64,000 bases of DNA from Flavobacteriaceae bacterium (GCA_031273305.1 JAISSC010000225.1:322-64321), one strand, 5' to 3'; shown: positions 12,134-23,139, numbered from the stretch's first letter. Numbers and translations are program-made. The notes: generated by a model from the sequence alone, not told the origin.

Positions 12134-13126
12134 TTAGGTGGAAAGGATATCTGCTACCTTAATCAAATCTTTATCTATCTCATTATGTTTTTTAATCGCT
12201 TCTTCTATGGGTGTATATACAATTTTATTGGATTGCATTCCTGCCATCACATTGGATTTTCCGGACATTAATCCTTCTATTGCTGCTACTCCCAATCTTG
12301 AGGCTAATACCCTGTCCGCTACTGTGGGGGAACCTCCTCTTTGTATGTGCCCTAAAACAGTTACTTTTACGTCAAATTCGGGATACTTCATCTTTGTGAA
12401 TTTTGCCAGGTCATAAACTCCTCCGAGTTTTTCTCCTTCTGCTACTACAACAATGCTTGACGTTTTTCCTTTTCTCTGGGCATTCTCAAATGAGGCGAAC
12501 AGGTCTTCTATGCTATCTTTTTGTTCCGGAATCAATATATCCAATGCTCCGGTAGCAATGCCACTGTTCAACGCAATAAACCCGGCATCTCTTCCCATCA
12601 CTTCGACAAAAAATACCCGGTTATGGGAAGTTGCTGTATCCCTGATTTTGTCAATGGCTTCTACGACGGTGTTTAATGCGGTATCGTATCCTAAGGTAAA
12701 ATCCGTCCCGAAGATATCATTGTCTATGGTTCCCGGAATGCCGATAAACGGTACTCCTTCTTCTTTCTGAAAAATGGCTCCTCCTGTGAATGATCCGTCT
12801 CCTCCGATGATTACCAATGCATCTATATTATGCTTTTTTACTGTCTCTGCTGCTTTTGCTCTTCCTTCCGGTGTTCTAAATTCTTCTGAACGTGCTGATT
12901 TTAATTCCGTCCCTCCCCGATTTATCAGGTTTCTTACGGAACGCGGGCCTAAATCAACTACGTAATCATTAATCAACCCGTCATATCCCATCCTGATTCC
13001 GCTGCACTCTATTCCATAGTAATAACAAGACCTTACCACGGATCTTATGGCTGCATTCATTCCCGGCGAGTCACCTCCGGAAGTTAGCACTCCTATTTTC
13101 TTCATTTTCGACATATTTTCCGACAT
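12134..13126 (-). CDS. pfkA: ATP-dependent 6-phosphofructokinase (start may be one of the downstream Mets)
   Basis: LTSGGDSPGMN, GGDGS, PGTIDND, EVMGR, LGHIQRGG. Confidence 0.98.
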   Translation of the reverse strand: MSENMSKMKKIGVLTSGGDSPGMNAAIRSVVRSCYYYGIECSGIRMGYDGLINDYVVDLGPRSVRNLINRGGTELKSARSEEFRTPEGRAKAAETVKKHNIDALVIIGGDGSFTGGAIFQKEEGVPFIGIPGTIDNDIFGTDFTLGYDTALNTVVEAIDKIRDTATSHNRVFFVEVMGRDAGFIALNSGIATGALDILIPEQKDSIEDLFASFENAQRKGKTSSIVVVAEGEKLGGVYDLAKFTKMKYPEFDVKVTVLGHIQRGGSPTVADRVLASRLGVAAIEGLMSGKSNVMAGMQSNKIVYTPIEEAIKKHNEIDKDLIKVADILST

Positions 13127-13427
13127 GTTTTTATATCAATTATTCTATGCAAATATACTAATCAATTATTAAATCTCATCTGATAAGATTCATCTAAATA
13201 TAAGAAATATTTATCATATTTATGAGTTTTTTCTGCTAAGTATTTTTATTTATTTTTGTAGTTATTTTTTTCCTGATTTAATTCCACATTTTTCGATATT
13301 TCCGGTATAACATGTAATCGGAGATTTATATATCCTAATTTAACCGGTCATAATTCCCCAAGTCAATACAGGATAATTATAAATTCGGATTAAAAACAGT
13401 ATCTTTGCCTTGTTTGTTATATACCTA

Positions 13428-14393
13428 ATGCTTTATAAAATATCTGTAATAGTACCTGTTTATAATGTGGAATCTTATCTTCCGAGATGTTTGGATTCTC
13501 TTGTGAATCAAACACTAAAAGAGATTGAAATAATTACAATAAATGATGGTTCCACCGATAATTCTCAGGCAATTATAGATGAATACTGCGCTAAATATTC
13601 TAATATAAAATCAATTAGTAAGGATAATGGCGGTTTAAGCGAGGCTAGAAATACCGGAATTTTACATGCTAAGGGGGAATATCTGGCTTTCGTAGACAGC
13701 GATGACTGGGTAGAAAAGGAAATGATGGAAGAAATGTATTTACTGGCAAATGAACATAATGCAGAAATAGTTTTTTGTAGCCTTCAAAATATTAATGAAA
13801 GGGGTAAAGTTTTCAGATACCTTCCTCAACTTCCTCAACTTCCGGAAAAAATAGTACTTAGTGAAGATTTTACTATTTTTGGGGAGATGGAATGCTTTGC
13901 TTGTAATAAAATATTTAAACGGGAATTATTCAATGATATAGAATTTCCCAAAGGGTTACATTTCGAGGATATAGCTACCATTCCGCGTTTATTTTTAAAG
14001 GCAAATGTAGTGGCAAAAACTAATAAATATTTTTATCAATATTTTATAAGAACCGGTTCCATCACAAGGAGTTATACTTCGAAAGGATTGGATATGTTCC
14101 GGGCAATTAAACTGGTCAAAGACGAATTCATTAAAAGTTCTTATAAAAATCATCCTCAGGATTGGAAGAAATTTGTCATATTTCAGGGGTTTTATTGTTT
14201 CTTGGCTTATTATGCTTATGTAAAACAAACAGATGTAAAAAAACAAATGTTTCAACAGCTTAAAGTTCTAATTAGATCAGAAAGTATAAGTAAAAAAGAT
14301 ATTTTAGGGTATGCCAGACATAATAAAAATTATCTATTAAGCCTTACTATAAAAAAGATAGCCTATTATTTAATACAAATAGTGAAAATCTAA
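13428..14393 (+). CDS. Glycosyltransferase family 2
   Basis: ISVIVPVYN, NDGSTD, NGGLSEARN, FVDSDD, FED; ATG at 13428 follows TATCTTTG box at 13400-13407. Confidence 0.93.
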   Translation: MLYKISVIVPVYNVESYLPRCLDSLVNQTLKEIEIITINDGSTDNSQAIIDEYCAKYSNIKSISKDNGGLSEARNTGILHAKGEYLAFVDSDDWVEKEMMEEMYLLANEHNAEIVFCSLQNINERGKVFRYLPQLPQLPEKIVLSEDFTIFGEMECFACNKIFKRELFNDIEFPKGLHFEDIATIPRLFLKANVVAKTNKYFYQYFIRTGSITRSYTSKGLDMFRAIKLVKDEFIKSSYKNHPQDWKKFVIFQGFYCFLAYYAYVKQTDVKKQMFQQLKVLIRSESISKKDILGYARHNKNYLLSLTIKKIAYYLIQIVKI

Positions 14394-14394
14394 A

Positions 14395-15552
14395 ATGCTA
14401 CACCCTATTTACTATATTATATTATTCATTATAACTTTTTTTAGTTATCTGGAATTTACCAATAATAGTATTTTTACTAAAGCATATATAAAAAAAATCT
14501 ATATTTTAATTGTACTATTACTCATTTTTATAGGAGGAACACGACTCGCAGGGGCTGATTACATGCCTTATTTAATCATGTATATAGATGCTAACAAATA
14601 TATAAGTTGGAATGAAGTCTTTGATGCAAGTGTAGAACCTACTTATGTAATAATATCTAAAATATTGGGATATTTTCGCATGCCTTTTTTTGCTTTACTA
14701 ACTGTATTCGCAATCATTTCAGTTTCTTTAAAAACGTCCACATATTTTAAATATTCGCCTTATCCTATGTTGTCTTTATTGTATTTTTTCATGCCATTTT
14801 ATTTTTTTGAAGATTTAGGACATATAAGACAATCTGCAGGAATGGCCTGTTGTCTCTTTTCATATAGATATATTGAAAAAAAACAGTTATTTAAATTCTT
14901 ACTCTGTGTACTTATAGGATATTACTTTCATAAAACTGCAGTAGTTTTTCTCCCTGCTTACTGGATAGCAAATGCTTATATTTCTACAAGGCAATGTGTA
15001 ATTATTCTAATCATTTCCATAATCATAAGCCCCTTTAAGCCCTATCTGTTATTTGGAAACTTATTTGAAAATATATCTATAGATGTTTTATCTCATGCAA
15101 CCGGAGGATACTTTTCATATCAAAGTCTGGAAGGAGCTGGTTTTACCATGGCCGATGTAGTAAAAATAATAATTATATTTATCATTTTATTTAATGACAA
15201 TTATATCATTAATACCACAGATGATAAAAATTATATGAAAATGAGAAATTTAGTTATATGTTACTTCTTTTTATATTACTCCCTTAAAGAAAATGTGATC
15301 TTTTCCGTAAGGCTTCCTGGCTACTATAGTGCCTTTTATATAATATTAATAGCAATGATTATAAAATATTCTGCAAAAAATATCAGCAAATTAATATATT
15401 TTTACGTTATCATTTATATATATTTAATGAGCTGGAGGTTCTGGCCAAATTCTGTTGCTCTCGGCTTTGATAAATTTTCTAATGTATTTAATACCAATAT
15501 TGATATTAATAATTTTATTCCGTATGAATTCGCTGATAAGGAACAAAATTGA
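14395..15552 (+). CDS. EpsG-family polysaccharide polymerase (Wzy-like)
   Basis: GTR..GADY..Y, EPTY, IRQS.G, FHKTA motifs; polytopic membrane protein. Confidence 0.85.
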   Translation: MLHPIYYIILFIITFFSYLEFTNNSIFTKAYIKKIYILIVLLLIFIGGTRLAGADYMPYLIMYIDANKYISWNEVFDASVEPTYVIISKILGYFRMPFFALLTVFAIISVSLKTSTYFKYSPYPMLSLLYFFMPFYFFEDLGHIRQSAGMACCLFSYRYIEKKQLFKFLLCVLIGYYFHKTAVVFLPAYWIANAYISTRQCVIILIISIIISPFKPYLLFGNLFENISIDVLSHATGGYFSYQSLEGAGFTMADVVKIIIIFIILFNDNYIINTTDDKNYMKMRNLVICYFFLYYSLKENVIFSVRLPGYYSAFYIILIAMIIKYSAKNISKLIYFYVIIYIYLMSWRFWPNSVALGFDKFSNVFNTNIDINNFIPYEFADKEQN

Positions 15553-15727
15553 GAACCTTTTTTACACAATAGTATTTCCTGCTATTATATGTTCTATTAA
15601 CTATTTTAGACATTTTTCCAGATATACTTTTTATTTCAATCCCCAAACATTACCTGAAAATTATTTTTCCGGAGTATATAAATATAAGATTCTTTCAAAT
15701 CACTCAATTCCCTTTAAAAATGAGTAA
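15524..15727 (+). pseudogene. Short ORF, probable N-terminal remnant of a deleted membrane protein
   Basis: 67 aa MNSLIRNKIENLFYTIVFPAIICSINYF...YFSGVYKYKILSN; overlaps the epsG stop and the next start like a coupled operon gene. Confidence 0.45.
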
Positions 15728-16478
15728 TAATCAACCCTTAGTATCAATTATCACCGCTTGCTATAATTCTGAGAATTTTATTACTGATACAATTGAATCC
15801 GTATTGAAGCAAACTTACACAGATTGGGAATGGATAATTATTGACGATCACAGTAAAGACAACTCCGTTGAAATTATCAAAAGATATACTGATGATAGAA
15901 TAAAGCTAATTTTATTAGATGAAAACCATGGAGCAGCAAAAACCCGGAATTATGGGATAGAAAGAGCAAGAGGACGGTATATAGCTTTCATAGACAGCGA
16001 TGATATATGGCTTCCTAATGCTCTGGAGGAAAGAATTAATTTCCTGAAAAATAATAATGAAGAGGCAGTATACACATCGTATAAAAGAGTGAATGAAAAA
16101 TTAGAATCCTGTCTGGATGATTTTATCGCTGAGGATAATATCACTTACAACCGATTATTGAAGAATTGTCCTGTTTTTATTTCCACTTTAGTATATGATA
16201 CCCAAAGAATTGGAAAAATTTTTATCCCTGACGTACGCAGAAGAGAAGACTATGCCATGATCTTAAACTTATCAAAAGTTGTAAGAAAAATAAAAGCTAT
16301 CCCCCGATCTTTGGTAATATACAGAATTAGAAATAATTCTTATTCCAGAAATAAATGGTTGATGTTTAAATTACAATTTTTTGTGTATTATAAATTTTTA
16401 AATTTATCTTTGTTCAAATCTTTATACTACACTACCTTGTGGGCATTTAATGGATTAAAAAAATATGGAAGGATTTGA
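15720..16478 (+). CDS. Glycosyltransferase family 2 (TuaG-like)
   Basis: LVSIITACYN, IDDHSKD, GAAKTRN, FIDSDD, REDY. Confidence 0.92.
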   Translation: MSNNQPLVSIITACYNSENFITDTIESVLKQTYTDWEWIIIDDHSKDNSVEIIKRYTDDRIKLILLDENHGAAKTRNYGIERARGRYIAFIDSDDIWLPNALEERINFLKNNNEEAVYTSYKRVNEKLESCLDDFIAEDNITYNRLLKNCPVFISTLVYDTQRIGKIFIPDVRRREDYAMILNLSKVVRKIKAIPRSLVIYRIRNNSYSRNKWLMFKLQFFVYYKFLNLSLFKSLYYTTLWAFNGLKKYGRI

Positions 16479-17577
16479 TATACGAGAAATTAAAAACATT
16501 TTAGGACTAGACAGTTTTTATTTAAAGTGTTCTATTGGTATTATTGGTGCTTTTCTTATCACTTACCTTTCTATTCCTAAAATCATACGAGTTTCTTATA
16601 AAAAGAATCTGACTGCTCAACCCGAAAAGAGAAGTTCTCATAAAAGAAGGACCCCAAATTTGGGGGGAACGGCTGTTTTTTATTCTGTTACCATCATGTC
16701 TTCTATTTGTGCTTATGAATTATTTTCTACTTATATATTCTTATTTGCAGCGATTATTATACTCTTTTTCATCGGTTTAATGGATGATATATTAGTTGTG
16801 GCTCCAGATAAAAAATTTTATGCCCAGATTGTTGCCGCCTTAATGATCTCAGTAGGTTCTAATGTACGGATTGGGCATTTTTTCGGCATCCTGGGGGTAG
16901 AATTACTTCCCTACTGGCTCAGTATAACCTTTACTGTATTTGTTTTCATATTTTTAATCAATGCTTTTAATTTGATTGACGGGATCGACGGATTAGCCTC
17001 AGGAATAGCCATTGTGGTTTGTGGGGCATTTATCTTTACTTTCTGGCGTTTAGGAAGGCTTAATTACCCTATGGTAGTATTGGCTTTAACAGTAATAGGA
17101 AGCCTTTTAGCATTTCTCAGGTTCAACTTATCTAAAAAATATAAAATATTTATGGGCGATACCGGGTCTATGATTGTAGGATTTTTGTTATCCTTCATGG
17201 GTATAAAATTCTTAAACTTATTTCTCCTACAATATCCTTCCGGAACACCGGTATATCACCTGCAATCTGCTCCTGCCATTGTTGTTGCTATACTGATTAT
17301 TCCTATTATTGATACCATCGTAGTTTCTTTAATAAGAATCTCCAAAGGAAATTCTCCCTTTAAAGCTGATAAAAATCATATGCATCACAGGTATTTACGA
17401 TTAGGGCTCAACCATAAGCAGGTAACTATAATTATGGTATCGGAAAATGCCCTTGTTATTTTACTGGCCTATTTTTTAAGGCATACAAATGTACATTTGC
17501 TACTTCTTATTGTATTAGGGTTAGGGCTTGCGTTTTCACTTCTTCCTCTGGTATTCATGAAAAAGATTAAATCATAA
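16465..17577 (+). CDS. MraY/WecA-family undecaprenyl-phosphate sugar-1-phosphate transferase
   Basis: RSSH..RTPNLGG, GLMDD, NAFNLIDGIDGL, IFMGDTGS, ADKNHMHH. Confidence 0.93.
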   Translation: MEGFDIREIKNILGLDSFYLKCSIGIIGAFLITYLSIPKIIRVSYKKNLTAQPEKRSSHKRRTPNLGGTAVFYSVTIMSSICAYELFSTYIFLFAAIIILFFIGLMDDILVVAPDKKFYAQIVAALMISVGSNVRIGHFFGILGVELLPYWLSITFTVFVFIFLINAFNLIDGIDGLASGIAIVVCGAFIFTFWRLGRLNYPMVVLALTVIGSLLAFLRFNLSKKYKIFMGDTGSMIVGFLLSFMGIKFLNLFLLQYPSGTPVYHLQSAPAIVVAILIIPIIDTIVVSLIRISKGNSPFKADKNHMHHRYLRLGLNHKQVTIIMVSENALVILLAYFLRHTNVHLLLLIVLGLGLAFSLLPLVFMKKIKS

Positions 17578-17580
17578 AAA

Positions 17581-18699
17581 GTGCATAAAAACAACAAAAT
17601 ATATTTATCTCCTCCATGTGTTGATGATGCTGAAATAAAAAATGTCTGCGATGCTTTACATAGCGGCTGGATTTCTCCTCTGGGATCATTCACTGATGAT
17701 TTTTCCAACAAATTATCCCGCTATTTTAAGAAGAAGGTATTGCTTACCAATAGTGGGACATCAGCCATTCATCTGGCGTTAAGGCTTTCCGGAATAAAAG
17801 AGAACGACTATGTTTTGTGTTCTGATTTCACTTTTGCCGCCACAGCTTTTCCTATACTATACCAAAAAGCAATACCTGTATTTATCGGGTCTGAAAAAGA
17901 AACATGGAACCTTTCTCCTGAATTTCTGAATGAAGCTCTTGCGGGATTAAAGAAAAAGAACATTCATCCTAAAGCACTTGTCATTGCTCATGCATATGGA
18001 GTAGCAGCTCAAATGGATAAAATCATAAACCTGTGTAAAAAGCATAATATTTTACTTATCGAAGATGCTGCGGAGGCCTTAGGTTCCTTATATAATGGCA
18101 CCCCTCTGGGGAAATTAGGCGATTATGGAATAGTCTCATTTAACGGAAATAAGATTATAACCTGTTCTACCGGAGGTGCTTTGATATTACCCGACGATGA
18201 TAAATACCTGTACGCACAAAAGTTAGCTACTCAGGCTAAAGAAAAAGCCGATTATTATAAACATGATGAACTGGGATATAATTATGCCCAAAGTAATATT
18301 CTTGCGGCGATAGGAAATGCACAATTCGATAAATTAAATAAAAAAGTAACCCGCCGAAGAGAAATATTTAACTATTACCTCTCTTTTTTCAAGGATAAAA
18401 TAGAGGTTAGTTACCAAAAGGAATATAAAAACAGTTTTTCTAACCGGTGGTTGAGTTCCTTTATCTTTCCCGAATCCGTAAATAAAAAAATAAAAGAATC
18501 TTTAAAACAAAATAACATAGAATGCCGTTACTTATGGAACCCATTACATAAACAAAAAGTTTTTAAAAACTATCTGTTCTATGGGGATAAAAAACTGGAA
18601 AAACAATTATTTGAACAAGGAATAAGTCTTCCTTCCGGTGATAATCTGGGAAATAAAGACCTACAAAAAATCACCGGTATTTTAGAAAAACATCTTTAA
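17581..18699 (+). CDS. DegT/DnrJ/EryC1/StrS sugar aminotransferase (PglE/EpsN-like)
   Basis: IYLSPP, NSGTSAIHLAL, IEDAAEALG, SFNGNKIIT..GG with PLP lysine, LGYNY, LPSG. Confidence 0.92.
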   Translation: MHKNNKIYLSPPCVDDAEIKNVCDALHSGWISPLGSFTDDFSNKLSRYFKKKVLLTNSGTSAIHLALRLSGIKENDYVLCSDFTFAATAFPILYQKAIPVFIGSEKETWNLSPEFLNEALAGLKKKNIHPKALVIAHAYGVAAQMDKIINLCKKHNILLIEDAAEALGSLYNGTPLGKLGDYGIVSFNGNKIITCSTGGALILPDDDKYLYAQKLATQAKEKADYYKHDELGYNYAQSNILAAIGNAQFDKLNKKVTRRREIFNYYLSFFKDKIEVSYQKEYKNSFSNRWLSSFIFPESVNKKIKESLKQNNIECRYLWNPLHKQKVFKNYLFYGDKKLEKQLFEQGISLPSGDNLGNKDLQKITGILEKHL

Positions 18700-18708
18700 A
18701 ACAGGAAA

Positions 18709-19752
18709 ATGCTATTAGAAGACGACATACTAAAAATTAATACTCAAACTATACGTTTTGAAGAATTATTTAATAAGAAAATTGATTATTCTCCTCAATT
18801 TTTTCATTTTTTAAAGAACAAAACTTTACTGATAACAGGAGGGAGCGGCTCTATCGGAACTGTTTTAATAAAACAATTAATAGCTCAGGATATTCACCAA
18901 ATCATAGTATTGGATCACTGTGAATATGGAATTTTTAGACTGGAATTAGTATTCGGGGAAGAAATAAAAAACAAAAAATTACACCTGATTTTGGGAGATA
19001 TTAGAAACTCTACCCTTATTGAAAAAATTTTTTCTTTATTCCCTATACAGATCGTATATCATGCGGCTGCTTACAAACACATCAATATTCTAGAAAATAA
19101 TGTAGACGAATCTGTATCTGTGAATATTGAGGCTTCATTGAATTTAGTAAGAATATCCGGGCAAAAAAATATTGAACAATTTGTATTTATTTCTACAGAT
19201 AAAGCGGTGAACCCCATAAATAAGATGGGAATTTCTAAAAGAATTACTGAACTCCATTTAATTAAACAAATTCTTTCAGGAAAAACGAATTTGACCATTA
19301 AAATCATCCGTTTCGGGAATGTGTTTAACAGTAGTGGCTCCGTTTTTCCCATCTTCAAATATCAAATAGAAAATAAATTACCTATTACTCTTACTAACAA
19401 GGAAATGAAAAGATATTTTATCTCTAAGTTCCAGGCGGCAAATGGATTAATCCAAATAGCAAATCCCGTAAATGGTTCAGGAATTTATTTACTAAACATG
19501 GGACAACCTTTAAAAATAGGGGATTTATTACAACAATTATTGAAAAAATTAAATCTGGACTATACTCCCAAGATCCTTAGTAACCCAAAAAAGACAATAA
19601 AGTACGAAAAAATTGAGGAAGAATTGTATTTCCCTTTTGAAGAAATTGAAGAAGAAAATCCCAATTATAAAAATATAAAACTGGCTAACTATAATTTACC
19701 GAAAATAGAACTGGAAATCAAAAATCTTATCCATTTATTAAAAAATAACTAA
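18709..19752 (+). CDS. UDP-sugar 4,6-dehydratase (CapD/PglF catalytic domain only)
   Basis: ITGGSGSIG, HAAAYKH, STDKAVNP..KMGISKR, RFGNVFNSSGSV. Confidence 0.85.
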   Translation: MLLEDDILKINTQTIRFEELFNKKIDYSPQFFHFLKNKTLLITGGSGSIGTVLIKQLIAQDIHQIIVLDHCEYGIFRLELVFGEEIKNKKLHLILGDIRNSTLIEKIFSLFPIQIVYHAAAYKHINILENNVDESVSVNIEASLNLVRISGQKNIEQFVFISTDKAVNPINKMGISKRITELHLIKQILSGKTNLTIKIIRFGNVFNSSGSVFPIFKYQIENKLPITLTNKEMKRYFISKFQAANGLIQIANPVNGSGIYLLNMGQPLKIGDLLQQLLKKLNLDYTPKILSNPKKTIKYEKIEEELYFPFEEIEEENPNYKNIKLANYNLPKIELEIKNLIHLLKNN

Positions 19753-19775
19753 CTTTGCCAAATATAGTATTTATA

Positions 19776-20603
19776 ATGAAGTTAAATCAAATCATGTATT
19801 TTGTCTTCTGTTCCGTCTTTTTAAGTTCCTGCATAGGGGTAAAAGACTTAAAATATCTTCAACCCAGTGAGAACTTACAATTAAATGAATATGGTTTAAT
19901 CCCTGTTACTTATGAAAACTACAGAATAAAAAAAGATGACATTCTTGCGATGGTACTCATCACTTCTGATGAAAATGCTTCAAAGTTTTTATCAGAAGAA
20001 AATACTACCGTATTCAAAGGAGGAGGAAGTTCAGTAGCAGGAAGTTACGGAACCGGAAATAGTAGATTAAGAACCGGCGGATTAATTGTAGACCCTAATG
20101 GATATATTACTATATACGGATTGGGAGAATTCTATGTTTATGGACTAACCCTCAGAGAAGTAACCAATTTGGTACAAGCCAAATTAGATCAGGTTTTATA
20201 TAACGAAGGAAAAGCAGAAGTACGAATGAACTTAGGAGAAATACGATACTATATGGTGGGAGAAATCGGAGCCCCCGGAGAAAAAATTGAATCATCAACA
20301 AGAGTAGACCTACTTCAAGCCATAGCCAAATCCGGAGATTTGACAAGATACGCAGACAGAAAACATATCCGGATAATCAGAGAATATCCCGAAGGGAAAA
20401 AAAATATTGTATTAGATATAACGCGGGATGATATTATGAACTCCCCTTACTTTTACTTACAGTCCGGAGATCAGGTAATCATTGATCCATTAAAAGAAAA
20501 AATTTCAGGTCTAGGAGGCGGAACTACCATAGGAGATGTTACCCAATTTATGTCTTTAGGAATGTCTGCCATAACAACATACCTATTCCTTAAAGGTTTA
20601 TAA
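19776..20603 (+). CDS. wza: Polysaccharide export lipoprotein (Wza-like)
   Basis: Lipobox LSSC, YRIKKDDIL, VDPNGYIT..GLG, GDLTRYADR, SPYFYLQSGD; TAACTTTG box at 19750-19757. Confidence 0.88.
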   Translation: MKLNQIMYFVFCSVFLSSCIGVKDLKYLQPSENLQLNEYGLIPVTYENYRIKKDDILAMVLITSDENASKFLSEENTTVFKGGGSSVAGSYGTGNSRLRTGGLIVDPNGYITIYGLGEFYVYGLTLREVTNLVQAKLDQVLYNEGKAEVRMNLGEIRYYMVGEIGAPGEKIESSTRVDLLQAIAKSGDLTRYADRKHIRIIREYPEGKKNIVLDITRDDIMNSPYFYLQSGDQVIIDPLKEKISGLGGGTTIGDVTQFMSLGMSAITTYLFLKGL

Positions 20604-20613
20604 CAATACAATT

Positions 20614-23139
20614 ATGAATTCTACTGAACAGCAGAACATAAATCAATCCAAAACCACTCCTCAAAAGAACAGAATTTCTGATTTCATGGGGAATAATTTC
20701 TTTAGTATAGAAAGATTCATCCGAAGGATAATTAAAAATTGGTATTGGTTTCTAATTGCATTTATAATTGGATGGATCATCGCCTTCTTAGTCAACAGAT
20801 TTTCTGACAGATTCTATCAATCTACCATTACGGTAAGTATTTCTACAGGTACTTCAAGCGTTTTAGCTCCCAGCCAGTCCATAAATTTTATTTGGGGGGG
20901 GAATAGCGGTGCCACACAAGGTGTTTTTTACAAAAAACTATTAACTTCCCGTACCCACAATGAAAACTTGGTTAAATCACTGGACTTATTTATAAACTAT
21001 TACCAAAAAGGAAATGTAAAAACTACTGAGATTGATTATGTAGACGTGCCTTTTAAAATAGTTGTTGATACCGGCTATGCCCAAGCCCTTCATTCGGATA
21101 TTAAAGTAGAGGTTCTGCCTAACAATAAATTTAAATTGACTTTTCCCGAAACGCTGGTTGAAAATTGTTTTTACTATCCCACAGAAAGATATATTACCCG
21201 TAAAGATTCCTATAAAAAAGAATTATTAGTTCCCCTAAACACTTGGATCAAAACCAATAATTTAAAATTCAAATTCATAAAGAATGAAGAATACGTAGGA
21301 CATTTCGAGGAAAACGTATCTGAATTTGAATTCTATTTTTATCTTTCCAACATTGATCGTGCCGTATCTAAGACTCAATCCATGATTAACATAAGTTTCG
21401 ATGAAGAGCTTCCATCTATTATAATCATCACTAAAAGAGGATTAAGTCTGAATGGCACCATAAACTTTTTAAATAAATCTGTAGATGAGCTTATAGCAAA
21501 ACGCTTGGATGATAAAAACAAAGTAAATCTAAATACAATACAATTTATCAAAAATCAGATTGCTATCACAAAGAAAAAATTAGATAGTGCCTCCGCAGTA
21601 TTTCAAAAAGTTCAGCTTGAAAATAAAATATTTTCCATATCTGATGTCAGTATAGACAGAGTCCTATCCAAGATACAAACACTAGACCTGCAAAAAGAAG
21701 AATTAAAATCTAAAATAGTTGTTTTTAACCAGCTAAAAAGTTCACTATATGGAGACAAACCGATTATAGATGGAATTTTTGCAGGAATCCCTGACTCCGG
21801 ATTTGATGCGGCTATTCAAACTATTCAATCCCTTGAACAAGAGAAAAGAGAAAAATTATTGCTGTACAGGTCTAATTCGGAACCGATAAAAGAACTTGAT
21901 TACAAAATAGACAATGTAAGAAACAAAGCTATTTCTATATTAAATAATTCGTCAAAAGAATTATTCGACAATATGAAAAGCATTGACAGTCAAATAAATA
22001 ATCTGGAAATAGAAATTGAATCCCTCCCGGAAAAAGAACGTCTATTCGTCAATGCACAAAGAGGATATTTATTAAACGATGGTATTTATAACACCCTTTT
22101 AGAAAAATTATCTGAGGCGGAAATGAGAAAAGCTACTACCATTTCAGATATTAGCGTTCTGGATAAAGCTAAAAACACAGGACAGGGGCCTATCACTCCT
22201 GATACCGGAAGGAATAAAAAACTCTACATCGGAATATCGCTCTTCATTCCTTTCGTGCTTCTATTTTTAATAGAATTATTGGACAATAAAATAAAATTAA
22301 TCACAGATTTAACATCTATTACCAAAATACCACTTGTCGGTATTATAGGAGAAAAAAATATAGATAATAATCTTGCCGTTTTCACAAGACCCAAATCAAG
22401 CATATCTGAGAGTTTCCGGGCTATCCGATCCAATATGAGATTCTTGTTTAATGAAAAAGGAATCTCCGGAGGAAAAGTATTTTTAATTACCTCTTCCATC
22501 GGAGGAGAAGGAAAAACCTTTGTAGCCATAAATCTGGCATCCGTATTGGCGTTAAGTGGTAAAAAGACTATATTGGTCGGGATGGACTTAAGAAAACCCA
22601 GAATTTTTGATGACTTTAAGATCAGTAACAAAATAGGACTTTCCGGATACCTCTCCGGAAGAAACTCTCTGGAAGAAAGCATAAAAAGGACTGATTATGA
22701 AAATTTAGACATCCTGCCTGCCGGGCCTATTCCGCCAAATCCCGGAGAACTTTTAATTAGTGATGAAAATAAAAAACTAGTCCAGAGATTAAGAGAAATA
22801 TATGACTACATCGTAATTGACTCTCCTCCTGTCGGATTGGTTATAGATGCCTATGATCTTATGGATATATCGGATGCAAGATTATATGTTACACGATGCA
22901 ATTATACTTACAAACAATTACTAAAGGGAATCGACGAAAAATATACGAATGGAGAAGTAGGTCATATCGGACTTATTTTTAATGATTATACAAATCCTGA
23001 AAGATACGGATATGGTTACGGATACGGATATGGTTATGGGTACGGATATGGGTATGGTTACGGATATGGATATTTTGAAGAAGATGAAAATTATGATAAC
23101 TCATTAATTACTCGAATAAAACGATTGTTCAAAAATTAA
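20614..23139 (+). CDS. wzc: Polysaccharide co-polymerase / BY-kinase (Wzc)
   Basis: Two TM helices flanking a periplasmic coiled coil; ESFRAIRSN, Walker A GEGKT, DLRKP, IDSPP, C-terminal Tyr cluster. Confidence 0.95.
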   Translation: MNSTEQQNINQSKTTPQKNRISDFMGNNFFSIERFIRRIIKNWYWFLIAFIIGWIIAFLVNRFSDRFYQSTITVSISTGTSSVLAPSQSINFIWGGNSGATQGVFYKKLLTSRTHNENLVKSLDLFINYYQKGNVKTTEIDYVDVPFKIVVDTGYAQALHSDIKVEVLPNNKFKLTFPETLVENCFYYPTERYITRKDSYKKELLVPLNTWIKTNNLKFKFIKNEEYVGHFEENVSEFEFYFYLSNIDRAVSKTQSMINISFDEELPSIIIITKRGLSLNGTINFLNKSVDELIAKRLDDKNKVNLNTIQFIKNQIAITKKKLDSASAVFQKVQLENKIFSISDVSIDRVLSKIQTLDLQKEELKSKIVVFNQLKSSLYGDKPIIDGIFAGIPDSGFDAAIQTIQSLEQEKREKLLLYRSNSEPIKELDYKIDNVRNKAISILNNSSKELFDNMKSIDSQINNLEIEIESLPEKERLFVNAQRGYLLNDGIYNTLLEKLSEAEMRKATTISDISVLDKAKNTGQGPITPDTGRNKKLYIGISLFIPFVLLFLIELLDNKIKLITDLTSITKIPLVGIIGEKNIDNNLAVFTRPKSSISESFRAIRSNMRFLFNEKGISGGKVFLITSSIGGEGKTFVAINLASVLALSGKKTILVGMDLRKPRIFDDFKISNKIGLSGYLSGRNSLEESIKRTDYENLDILPAGPIPPNPGELLISDENKKLVQRLREIYDYIVIDSPPVGLVIDAYDLMDISDARLYVTRCNYTYKQLLKGIDEKYTNGEVGHIGLIFNDYTNPERYGYGYGYGYGYGYGYGYGYGYGYFEEDENYDNSLITRIKRLFKN
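23005..23073 (+). repeat. (YG)11Y tyrosine cluster of Wzc
   Basis: TAYGGN hexamer x11 plus TAT, counted from the DNA. Confidence 0.9.
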
